Below, one piece after another: positions 52,676-64,000 of a stretch of DNA of 64,000 nt. The DNA comes from the human T2T-CHM13v2.0 reference genome, Homo sapiens. The stretch is from assembly GCF_009914755.1 (NCBI RefSeq), contig NC_060925.1; one strand, written 5' to 3'. The notes beneath the pieces are model-generated. The model was not told the DNA's origin, searched no databases, and saw only the letters and a program-made list of their open reading frames with translations. Both the position numbers and the translations under genes were made by a program. Numbering within the stretch: the first letter of the stretch is position 1; every line of letters begins with the position of its first letter.

Positions 52676-53289
52676 TAATCTTTTTTCAGCTGTGAAGTGG
52701 GAACAATATCTGTCTTGTAGGGTTGTGGGTAATAGTAATAATGTTTGTAAAACACCAATTACAGTGCCTGACACAGTAGGTGTCCACTCAATAAATGGTA
52801 ATGGAGAGGGAAAGAAAGGGAAAGCAGAATCTAGGATCAGGAATATCACATCCCGTCATGATGTTTGCAAAGGGGAAAGTCAGGCATGATGAGTAGACAG
52901 AAGTAAACCCAGTTTGTTGTCATGGGTATGTGAAGGTGTGGCGAGAGTGTCATTTAAAATAGGGAGCAAGGCCAGGCAAAGGCCACAATCAGGCAGCCGA
53001 ATCAGGCAGTGATGAATCAGGCAGTGATGTGAGGGTCCGGCACAACCGAGGCAGCAGCCCGGGAAGGGAGGGCATTTGGATCACACTCCCTGGAGGGAGC
53101 TTGGGTGGAGAGTGCCCCAGTGTCAGCCTTCACACATTTTATATCTTTTTTTTTTTTCTTGAAGAGTATGTTTACAACATGGATAGAAATCTAAGGCTGG
53201 CATGTGTTTAAAACAATTAGTTAAAACCCAGTTTCCCAAGAGCTAATAACTGGCCAATTAGGATGGTATGAAGATTGTCCTATTACTTA

Positions 53290-54465
53290 AAAAAAGACTT
53301 TTTGAGACAGAGTCTTTAACTTGTCATAACATGTCTGAACAGGATCTAGTTTGAGACACTAAGAAGGATAAGACATCAGTTTGAAAAGAGACCACATCAG
53401 TGCAACATTAATTCTGCTAAAATCGAAGCAAGAACAAACATCAATTTATTATGAAGCTTGGGTGAAAAATGGTAAAATCACTAATGCTTCATGAAAAGTT
53501 TATGGGAACAATGCCCCAAAGAAATCAACAGCTTACAAATGAATAACTTGTTTTAAGAAGGTATGAGATGATGTTGAAGAGGAAGCCCTCAGTAAGAGAC
53601 CCTACACACGAATCTTTGAGGAAAAAATTCATCTTGTTTATGCCCTAATCAAAGAGGACTGATGATTAATAGCAGTTAACAATAGCAGAAACAATAGACA
53701 GTGTCATAGACGTCAAATTGGTTCAGGTTACACAATTCTGACTGAAAGCCAACTTTGCACTTGATGGGTGCCAAAACTGTTGTGCCCAGATCAGTTGCAA
53801 ACAACAGCAGAGCTTTCAATGGAAATTTAAACAGTGGGATCAAGATCCTGAAGCATTTGTTCGAAAAGTTGCAACAAGTTATGAAACATGGATTTCGTAG
53901 TACTATCCTGAAGACAAAGCACAATCAAAGCAATGGCTACCAAGAAGTGGAAGTGGGTCAGTCAAAGCAAAAGCAGACCAGTCAAGAGCACAACTCATAG
54001 CAACAGTATTTTGGGGCTCAAGGCACTTTCCTTGTTGACTTTCAGGAGGACCAAAGAATGGTAACATCTGCTTATTATGAGAGGGTTTTGAGAAAGTTAC
54101 CCAAAGCTTTAGCAGAAAATTCTTGGGAAAATTTCAGCAGAGTCCTCCTCCACCATGACAATGCTTCTGGTTATTCCTGTCATCAAGGGCAATTTTGGGA
54201 GAATTTTGATGGGAAATCATTACAGTCCTGATTTGGCTCCTCCTAACTTCTTTTTGTTTCGTAATCTTAATCTGTAAAGGATACCCTTTTCAGTTAATGT
54301 GTAAAAGACTGCATTGATATGGTTAAATTCTCAGGACCTTCAGTTCCTTAAGGATGGGCTAAATGGCTGTAGCATGACTTATACAAGTGTCTTGAACTTG
54401 ATGGAGCTTATGTTGAGACATAAAGTTTATATTTTCAATTCATTTTTTCCAAGTTTTGAAGTCCA
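53290..54465 (+). mobile_element. Hsmar2 mariner transposon, near full length, defective transposase (53407-54423)
   Basis: Frame-broken remnants NSAKIEARTNI..., WVPK, LLHHDNA, YSPDLAP and ELDGAYVE; ATT at 53407 where the start codon is expected; multiple stops and frameshifts. Confidence 0.92.
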
Positions 54466-55570
54466 AGGGTACATGTGGAATGGCTAGATGGAGTTCATTA
54501 ATATATGCATTACTTTGCATACTTATTTTTTGTGGTGAGATTTCTTAAAATCTACTCTTCACAATTTTTAAAATGCTATAAATTGTTATTAACTATAATT
54601 ACTAAGCTGTACAATAGATCTCTTGAACTTACTCTTCTTACTTAAATGAAATTTTGTACCCTTTGACCAACATCTCCCAACCCACAAATTCCACCTGCTG
54701 CCCAGCCCCTGGTAGCCACTCTTCTACTCTCTACCTATATGACCTCAGCTTTTTTAGATCTACATATAAATGAGATCATGTGACATTTGTCTTTCTGTGC
54801 TTGGCTTATGTCACTTAACATAGTATCTTCCAGGTTCATATCCATACTGTTACAAATGTCAGGATTTCCTTTTTTTTCTTTTTTGAGACAGGGTCTGGCT
54901 CTGTCACCAAGGCTGGAGTGCAGTGGCACAATCTCAGCTCACTGAAACCTGGACCTCCCAGGCTCAAATGATCCTCCTACCTCAGCCTCCCAAGTAGCTG
55001 GGACTACAGGTGCACACCACTGGGTTTAGCTGATTTTTTTTTTTTTTTGAGAGAGAGTTTCACTCTTGTTGCCCAGGCTGGAGTGCAATGGTGTGATCTT
55101 GTCTCACCCACAACCTCTGCCTCCTGGGTTCAAGTGATTATCCTGCCTCAGCCTCCTGAGTAGTTGAGATTACAGGCATTTTTAGTAGAGAAGGGGTTTC
55201 TCCATGTTGGTCAGGCTGGTCTCAAATTCCTGACCTCAGGTGATCCAACTGCCTCAGCCTCCCAAAGTGCTGGGATTACAGGCATGAGCCACCACACTCA
55301 GCCTTTTTATTTTTATTTTTTTGTAGAGTTGAGGTTTTGCCATGTTGCCCAGTTGGTCTTGAACTCCTGGGCACAAGCAGTCCACCCACCATGGCCTCCC
55401 AAAGTGTTGGGTTTACAAGCGTGAGCCATTGTGCCCGGCCATTTCCTTCTTTTTAAGGTTGAATAATATTCTGTTGTGTATGTATACAATGTGTATACAT
55501 ACACACATTTTCTTTGTCCATTCATTCATCCATTGATGGATGCACAGGTTAATTCCATATCTTGACTATC
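54466..55570 (-). mobile_element. L1MA 3' end interrupted by nested Alus (54870-55441)
   Basis: Antisense L1MA motifs (tacaatagatctcttgaactta; tccattcattcatccattgatgg); an AluJ split by a second AluS at ~55035-55300. Confidence 0.8.
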
Positions 55571-55577
55571 ATTTGTG

Positions 55578-56020
55578 TGTTATAGATTAAATTTTTGCTC
55601 ACCAGAAGATCTGTTGAAATCTTAACCCCTGGTTCCTCTGATTGTGGCCCTATTTGGAAATGGAGTCTTTGTAGATTTAATTAAGATGTAAATTACAATG
55701 AAGTCATACTGGAGTAGGTTGGGCCCTTAACCCATTATGACTGGTGTCTTTATAAGAAGAGGAAAAGAGACACAGATACAAAGGAAAGATGGTCAAGTCA
55801 CAACAGAGGCAAAGATTGGAGTGATACAGCCACAAGCCAAGGAATGCTAGGGGTTGCCAGCAACCAGCAGAAACTGGAAGAGGCTGGCGATGACCCCCCA
55901 TTGGAGCCTTCAGAGGGAACTTGGCTCTTCTGACGTCTAGATTTTGGACTTCTGGCCTCCCAAACTGTGAGAGAATAAATTTTCATTGTTTTGAAGCCAC
56001 CCCGTCAGTGGCACTTTGTT
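55578..56020 (+). mobile_element. MLT1B/C-type MaLR LTR
   Basis: tatttggaaatggagtctttg...atgactggtgtctttataagaagagg...ttggacttctggcctcccaaactgtgagagaataaat. Confidence 0.85.
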
Positions 56021-56033
56021 AGACCCACCCACT

Positions 56034-56362
<329 letters not shown>

Positions 56363-56537
56363 CTAACTCTTTTGTTCTTAAAAATACTGGGATTACATAG
56401 CTACCACCAAAGGTGACTGGGGGCAAAATGTGCTAATTGCCCCTTGGGACCTTCTATTATCTCTGGTAGTTGAGAGTGCCAGTGGGCCTCTGGCCTTGTG
56501 AAATCCTGTCAACTTCACTGGAAGAAGGGAGCTCATG

Positions 56538-57228
56538 TGATCATTAAAAAGGAAACAACAGGTGCTGGAGAGGATGTGGAGAAATAGGAATGCTTTTACA
56601 CTGTTGGTGGGAGTGTAAACTAGTTCAACCATTGTCGAAAACCGTGTGGTGATTCCTCAAGGATCTAGAACTAGAAATACCATTTGACCCAGCGATCCCA
56701 TTACTGGGTATATGCCCAAAGGACTATAAATAATTCTACTATAAAGACACATACACATGTATGATTATGGCGGCACTATTCACAATAGCAAAGACTTGGA
56801 ACCAACCCAAATGTCCATCAATGATAGACTGGATTAAGAAAATATGGCACATGTACACCATGGAATACTATGCAGCCATAAAAAGGATGAGTTCATGTCG
56901 TTTGTAGGGACATGGATGAAACTGGAAACCATAATTCTGAGCAAACTGTCGCAAGGACAGAAAACCAAACACTGCATGTTCTCACTCATAGGTGGGAATT
57001 GAACAATGAGAACACTTGGACACAGGATGGGGAACATCACACACCGGGGCCTGTCATGGGGTGGGGGGAAGGGGGAGGGATAGCATTAAAAGAAATACCT
57101 AATGTAGATGACGAATTAATGGGTGCAGCACACCACCATGGCACATATATACATATGTAACAAACCTGCATGTTGTGCACATGTACCCTAGAACTTAAAA
57201 TATTAAAAAAAAAAAAAAAGAAAAAAAG
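56538..57228 (+). mobile_element. 5'-truncated L1PA
   Basis: ORF2 end, 3'UTR and poly(A); TSD GAAGGGAGC(T/C)CATG at 56524-56537 and 57229-57242. Confidence 0.96.
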
Positions 57229-57517
57229 GAAGGGAGCCCATGCCCGAGGGCACCATGCCTCCCTGTCCATCTGCGTGGTACTGAATCATCACTGGGAAGC
57301 AGCTGCCTGGTCAGGACGTTTCCAGCTTTTACACTGATTGAGCCATGCCACACAGTTCTCAGGACACAGTGTGGGCAGGGGTAACATGCACCAAATGTGG
57401 TGAAAACAGCAGGCCTGGGCACCACCAGAGCACCATTTCTGACCCCTTGTATCTGCCCATCATGGAGCAGGGGTCAGTCGTAAGAAATTGGGGGCCCCGT
57501 GTGGCTCAGACTTTTGA

Positions 57518-57852
<335 letters not shown>

Positions 57853-57934
57853 TAACATTGTCTTGAGATTACAATAAAGGGGGCTGACTTTAGCCTCCAG
57901 AAACTTTCATTTCATTGCTTCTTAAAAAAATGCA

Positions 57935-58315
<381 letters not shown>

Positions 58316-58644
58316 TTATCTTTGTACTCAATGGGTTAAGGTACTGCTAGCTGCTGTAACATTTCAGACTTTGGTGGCTTAGCACAATGGAAGTTTATTT
58401 CTCACTGATGTAAGGTCCAGCTTCGGGAGGAAAAGCCACCTCACTAGTCACTGGGGAGACACGCAGACAGGCTCTTCCATCTTCAGCTCAGCCTCCCAGG
58501 TTGCTCTGGCTGTTGGTAGGAAGAGGAGGGGAGAAGGTGGAGGATTCCCAGTAGGTTTGCTGGATCCTCTCTCTGGACTGCCTTTCCAGACCCCTGCTCC
58601 CTTCCACCTGGCCATCCACTCCTAAGCCTAAAGAATGTGCAGGA

Positions 58645-58965
58645 GGCTGGACGTGGTAGCTGGAGCCTGTAATCCCAGTGCTTTGGGAGGCTGAGGTAGG
58701 AGGATGGCTTGAGCCCAGGAGTTTGAGATCAACCTGAGCAACACAGCGAGACCCCTGTCTCTACAAAAAACAATTTTAAAAAACTGAGCCAGGCGTGGTA
58801 GCACACACCTGTAGTCCCAGCTATTTGGGAGGCTGAGGTGGGAGGAGCACTTGAGCCCCAGAGTTCGAGGCTGTAGTGAGCTATTATCACACCACTTCAT
58901 TCCAGCCTGGGAGACATAGGGAGGCCCTGTCCTTATTAAAAGATAAAAATAAAATAAAGAAAGAA
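58645..58965 (+). mobile_element. AluJ
   Basis: Sense dimer; TSD aaga(a/c)tgtgcagg. Confidence 0.9.
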
Positions 58966-59499
58966 AGAAGACTGTGCAGGTGTTGCCTCCTCCCTGAACC
59001 TCGCAGCCTTCCTGCAGACCTGGGCTCCTCCCAGGCCCCTGGTGGTAGCCCTGCTCAAGGGTGCTGTGCTGCTTACTCTGTCCCCACCCCCAAGCTCTTA
59101 GAAGTTGAGGGCTAAGTCTCACAGGTCACGCTCCCCAGCTTCCCAGTCAAGGCTCATTAGCTGTTTGTTTATTGCTGTTTCTCTACCTGAACATCAGCTC
59201 CACCTGAACAGAGCCTTTCATAGCTGAAACCCCAGCGCCTACAACAGAGACCAGCAAATGATTCATAGGTCAACACATACATGTGTGTTGATCAAATGAA
59301 TGAATGCATGAATTGGAAGAATGATGGCGGCAAGGCAAGGTCCCCCAGGTTGACTTCTTGCCGGCCCAGGACTCCCCACCCCTCCTTTACTAGTCAGGAC
59401 CTGCTATTGCAATTTGCTGCGCTTAGCGCAAAACAAAAACCTGGGCCCTCTTGTTCAAAAATTAAGAATTTCAAGACTGCAAGAGCCTTAAACCAAGAG

Positions 59500-61330
59500 G
59501 GAGAGGGTGTCTTCCGGGGCCCAGCCCCGGGCTGCTGCATGGTGGGATGGGGGCTCGCCCCAGGCTCGCTCCCAACTCCCCTCTCCAACCTGCAGCTGGG
59601 GGGCTGGGGTCCACCGCCTCCTGTCAGCCACGCCCGACCGGTAGAACGCTCTTCTGCAGAAACTTCCCAGACCTCCACTTAATGGCACCCGAGCAGGGCG
59701 CCCTGGCAGACGCAGTCTCCTTCCGGGAGCAGGCAGGTGCAAGGCAGGCACCGGGGCTTTGGAAGGGGCTGGTGGAGATGCTTGGGCGCCGGTTGCCCCA
59801 GGGCAGACCCTGGGGCCTCCCTCATTCCAGCTCCTCTGCGTCCAGAATGGCTGCCGCTCCTTTGGGGGAGGGTGCGGGATGGTCTCTTTTCTTAGAAAGT
59901 GGCTCAGGTCTTATTCTGCGCCTGGGCGTCTCGCAGCCGACACACAGGCACACCAGATGGACAAACAGAAAAACCCACAGAAGGCGGCCCCTCCCCCAAT
60001 TCAGAGAGCCAGTGACTGGCGCTCCTCCACCCCTAACCAGACACACCCGAAAACAGACGGCCAGACACAGAGTGACCGGCACAGAGAAGACAATACAGAA
60101 ATACGCAGGGACAAGGACAGACCATCGGACGCTCGGACACGGACCCAGGCAGGATCACCTGGACCTCTGGGTTCCCCAACGGAGACCCTCGGGGAAGGCC
60201 CGGAGCATAGCACGCCCCTGTGGAGCCCCGTGCGCCCCACTTGGCAGCAGCCACGCCCCCCGCGCACACCCCACTTCGGGCTGGCTCTGGAAGACCCCCT
60301 CTCCCCAGCCCCGCAACCCCGGGACTCTGGGAGGCATCTCTCGTCACCCAGCGTTTCTGAGGCGCCGGGACAGGGGCTGGGTGGGTGGGCGTCGGCGCAG
60401 GAGTGAGGGCTGCAGACGGTGGGCGGGGGCCGGGCGCGCGGGCGGAGGTGCGGGAGGACGCGCTAGTGTCGGGGCAGGGCTGGCCAGTGTCCCAGGGATC
60501 AGGAGCCGGGAGCGGTCCGCGTGGGTCCCGGAGGGGACAGATGGCTGCCCCGGGCGTTGCCCAGTGAGGGGCAGTGGGCAAGGGAGCTCGTAGAATCCCG
60601 GGTCAGCGGGGTGGGGCGCTGGGTAAGTGGACAGGGTGGTACCTTGACTGAGGACGAAGGGGCAGAAGAAGGGAGGGCGGGCGTCGGGAAGTGACAGGAG
60701 ACGGGGCAGGTTGTCGGGGGCGTGGGGTAGGAATCGGAGGGGAGTTGAAAAGGGGGGTGCTGGTTGGCAGAGGCGTCGGGGCAAGGACAGGAGCCAGGAG
60801 CGCAGGCGGGGCCCGACGGCAGCCACCCCCGGGGCCAGACTTGGCGCGGGTGTCTTGAAGATGCTTGAGGGCCTGGGGTCGCCCGCCTGGCCCCGGGCAG
60901 CTGCGAGCGCCTCAGTCGCGAGGTCATCGGGGCCCGCGGCCTGCCCGCCTCCCTCGCCGTCGGCCCCGAGGTGCCCGGAGTCCCCGGCCCCCCGGAGGGG
61001 GGGTGTGCGCGCCAGCGTCCCACAGAGGCTGGCTGAGATGCTGAGCAGCCAGTATGGGCTGATCGTGTTCGTGGCGGGGCTGCTGCTGCTGCTGGCCTGG
61101 GCCGTGCACGCCGCGGGCGTGAGCAAGAGCGACCTGCTGTGCTTCCTGACGGCGCTCATGCTGCTGCAGATGCTGTGGTACGTGGGCCGCAGCTCCGCGA
61201 ACCGCCGCCTCTTCCGCCTCAAGGACACGCACGCCGGCGCCGGCTGGCTGCACCGGCTGGTGAGTCCAGGCACCGGGCAAGCGGGTCTCTGCCTCCTTGC
61301 CCGCTGGCTGCATCCTGAGACGGCTCTGCC
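59500..61330 (+). promoter_or_regulatory. CpG island / OTOP1-derived promoter
   Basis: High GC and CpG; GC boxes (GGGCGG) around 60420-60445 and 60675. Confidence 0.75.
60861..61259 (+). pseudogene. OTOP1: OTOP1 (otopetrin-1 proton channel) exon 1 paralog, disabled
   Basis: ATG 60861 reads MLEGLGSPAWPRAAASAS...LAEMLSSQYGLIVFVAGLLLLLAWAVHAAGVSKSDLLCFLTALMLLQMLWYVGRSS. Versus recalled OTOP1: 9-bp LLW deletion, several substitutions and 5 extra nt before the GTGAGT donor (61260). Lies downstream of TMEM128, as at the parent locus. Confidence 0.92.
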
Positions 61331-62010
61331 CCCTTCCTACCACTGCCGTCTTCCCTTCAGCCTTTTCTGCCTTGGTCTCTCTGTGCATCTTTCCTAGCTT
61401 TCCTATCTGCCCTTCCTTCTTTCCTCTCTCTCTCTCTCTCTGAAGCCTGGGTCGTCGCAGGAGCCTCCTCTCCGCCTCCAGACGCTTCCATCATTACAGC
61501 CACAGTTACAGAAACCTCTCCTGTCCTTCCCTGGCTTAAAGCCATACAGTGGCCCTACTGACCCCATGAGGGAGGTCACGCTCCCTCTCCTGACACTCAG
61601 AGCCTTCTAGCACCCGGCCACCGAGGGCCCGTTTCCTTTGATCCCCTTCTTTGTTCTCATCCTATGCTGGGGTCATTCTCGAGGACTTTCTCTCCTGTCA
61701 CAGGATCTCTGCCTCTGCACATTCAGCACCTTTGGTTCCCTCCTCCAGGAATGTCTTTTCCACTCTCCCACCTGCCCCTCTGCTTTCCGAGACAGGCCTC
61801 AGGCCTCACCCCATTCTCCCCGCGAAGCTTCTCCGACCCCCTTCTCTTCCCCGCTTTGCAGGTCTGACCACACGCTCCCAGCCCGCACTGGGTTCCAGTG
61901 TTCTTGTCGACATGTCTGTACCCTCCACTCCACTGGGGAGCTCTGTGATCCCTGTCTCTCGGTCCTAGAGCCACCTCAGGGCCTGGCACAAGTGGGTGTT
62001 GAGAAAATGA

Positions 62011-62460
<450 letters not shown>

Positions 62461-62629
62461 GGGTTGCCAGTCTTGAATGGGAGACAGACATGGTGCAGGT
62501 GAAAGGGAGGAGGCCGTGGGGAGCATGCTTGTGAAGAAAGCTTCTGTCTGAGTAACCTTCCCAGGAGAAGCCGACTGCATTTCACACCACGTGGTCCAGA
62601 CACATCACACATTGCCACTTGGATTCTCA

Positions 62630-62810
62630 TATTAGACCTGAATTTAAATCTCCATTAGAGTGGGGCTTCCGTGTTCCTTGCATGCATGACCTCGGGCAAG
62701 TTACTTGATTGCCTTCCTTACCCTGAACCCTGGTGTCGGCATCTGTAGAATGGGGATCTCACACTGGATAGGATCCAGTGATTGATGAGGTGGCTGCCCA
62801 GCACACACTA
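62630..62810 (+). mobile_element. MIR
   Basis: gacctcgggcaagttactt...catctgtagaatggggat. Confidence 0.7.
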
Positions 62811-63224
62811 GGCCTCCTTTCTGCACTTCTTTCAAAGGTCCTGGCCAGATGCCACCTTCTTCACAAATGCCTGGCAGGAATTACTCCTCACTTCCATGGG
62901 CCACCATGGCCCTCCTTCTGTAAAGCTCTTTTGGTCCTTGTCTGTTTCTGCCTTGTATTATGACTGTTGAATATTAGCCTTATCATCCAGAAGAGATTTT
63001 AGACTTCTTAGGCTCAGGGACTGGATCTAGTTCATCTTGCTTTTGGGGAAATTTGACACCATTGCAGGGTGGCCCAAATTCCTGTTCTGAAATTGGTTGT
63101 TTTAGGGAAGTTAATGGTTTTGTGACTCTGTGAATGACAGTGAATGTGGTGCTATTTAAAACAAGGCACAAAGTGTTATTTTAGGATATTGACTTACACA
63201 GGCTAAAAAGTATTATACACATGA

Positions 63225-63686
<462 letters not shown>

Positions 63687-63839
63687 TCCCTTTCCTTATT
63701 TTTTTCCTCATTTTCTTTCTCTCTTCTCCTCCTTCATTCTTCCTTCCTCTCTTCCTTCCTCTAGCCTTCCCTCCACTATCCCTCTTCCCTCTCTCCTCTC
63801 TTTCTCTTCCTTCCTCTCTTCCTCTCTCCTCTGCTGTTT

Positions 63840-64000
63840 TTGTTTTTGTTTTTGAGATGGAATCTCACTCTGTTGCCAAGGCTGGAGTGCAGTGGCTAGA
63901 TCATGGGTCACTGCAACCTCCATTTCCTGGGTTCAAGTGATTCTCCTGCCTCAGCCTCCTGATTAGCTGGGACTACAGGTACACATGCCACCACACCTGG
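63840..64000 (-). mobile_element. Alu right arm (runs off the window)
   Basis: tttgagatggaatctcactctgttgccaaggctggagtgcagtgg. Confidence 0.9.

Noticed and set aside
53407-54423. Active or domesticated mariner transposase (SETMAR-like)
   Set aside because: Hsmar2 rather than Hsmar1; start codon lost, with multiple stops and frameshifts.
60711-61397. Functional OTOP1 or a 228-aa N-terminally extended isoform
   Set aside because: The ORF begins at a TTG upstream of the real ATG (60861) and runs into the intron. The deletion, phase shift and truncated TMEM128 neighbour indicate a duplicated pseudogene.

Overview
Human/great-ape DNA with the mosaic structure of a pericentromeric segmental duplication; the content recalls human 2p11.1/1q21-type duplication hubs, but the locus is inferred, not verified. 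No intact protein-coding gene is present. From left to right: (1) 1-15.2 kb is a repeat-rich duplicated block (ERV1 LTR, MIR, MLT1, Alus, L1s) containing an unidentified set of phase-matched exons at 4.0-5.2 kb. (2) 15.2-22.6 kb is a G-poor CATTT/CATCT satellite with a ~2.26-kb higher-order repeat. (3) 23.6-29.6 kb is a switch-like CAGGG(C) array with an internal inversion. (4) 29.6-32.6 kb is a REP522-like repeat split by an L1 fragment. (5) 32.6-34.35 kb is an interstitial TAR1/TERRA-promoter-type element whose GC-rich VNTR (~1.35 kb, no T on the + strand) is followed by a strong splice donor. (6) 35-48.6 kb is a further repeat-rich, partly GC-rich block. (7) ~49-64 kb is a copy of the TMEM128-OTOP1 segment, with the last two TMEM128 exons, an Hsmar2 mariner relic, the OTOP1 CpG island and a disabled OTOP1 exon 1. 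The most interesting hypothesis is a chimeric unit in which the stop-free TAR1 VNTR exon splices onto the orphan TMEM128 transmembrane tail, with repeat number setting the reading frame. Long ORFs in the satellite and VNTRs are compositional artefacts. Repeat subfamily names and reference proteins come from memory and were not aligned.
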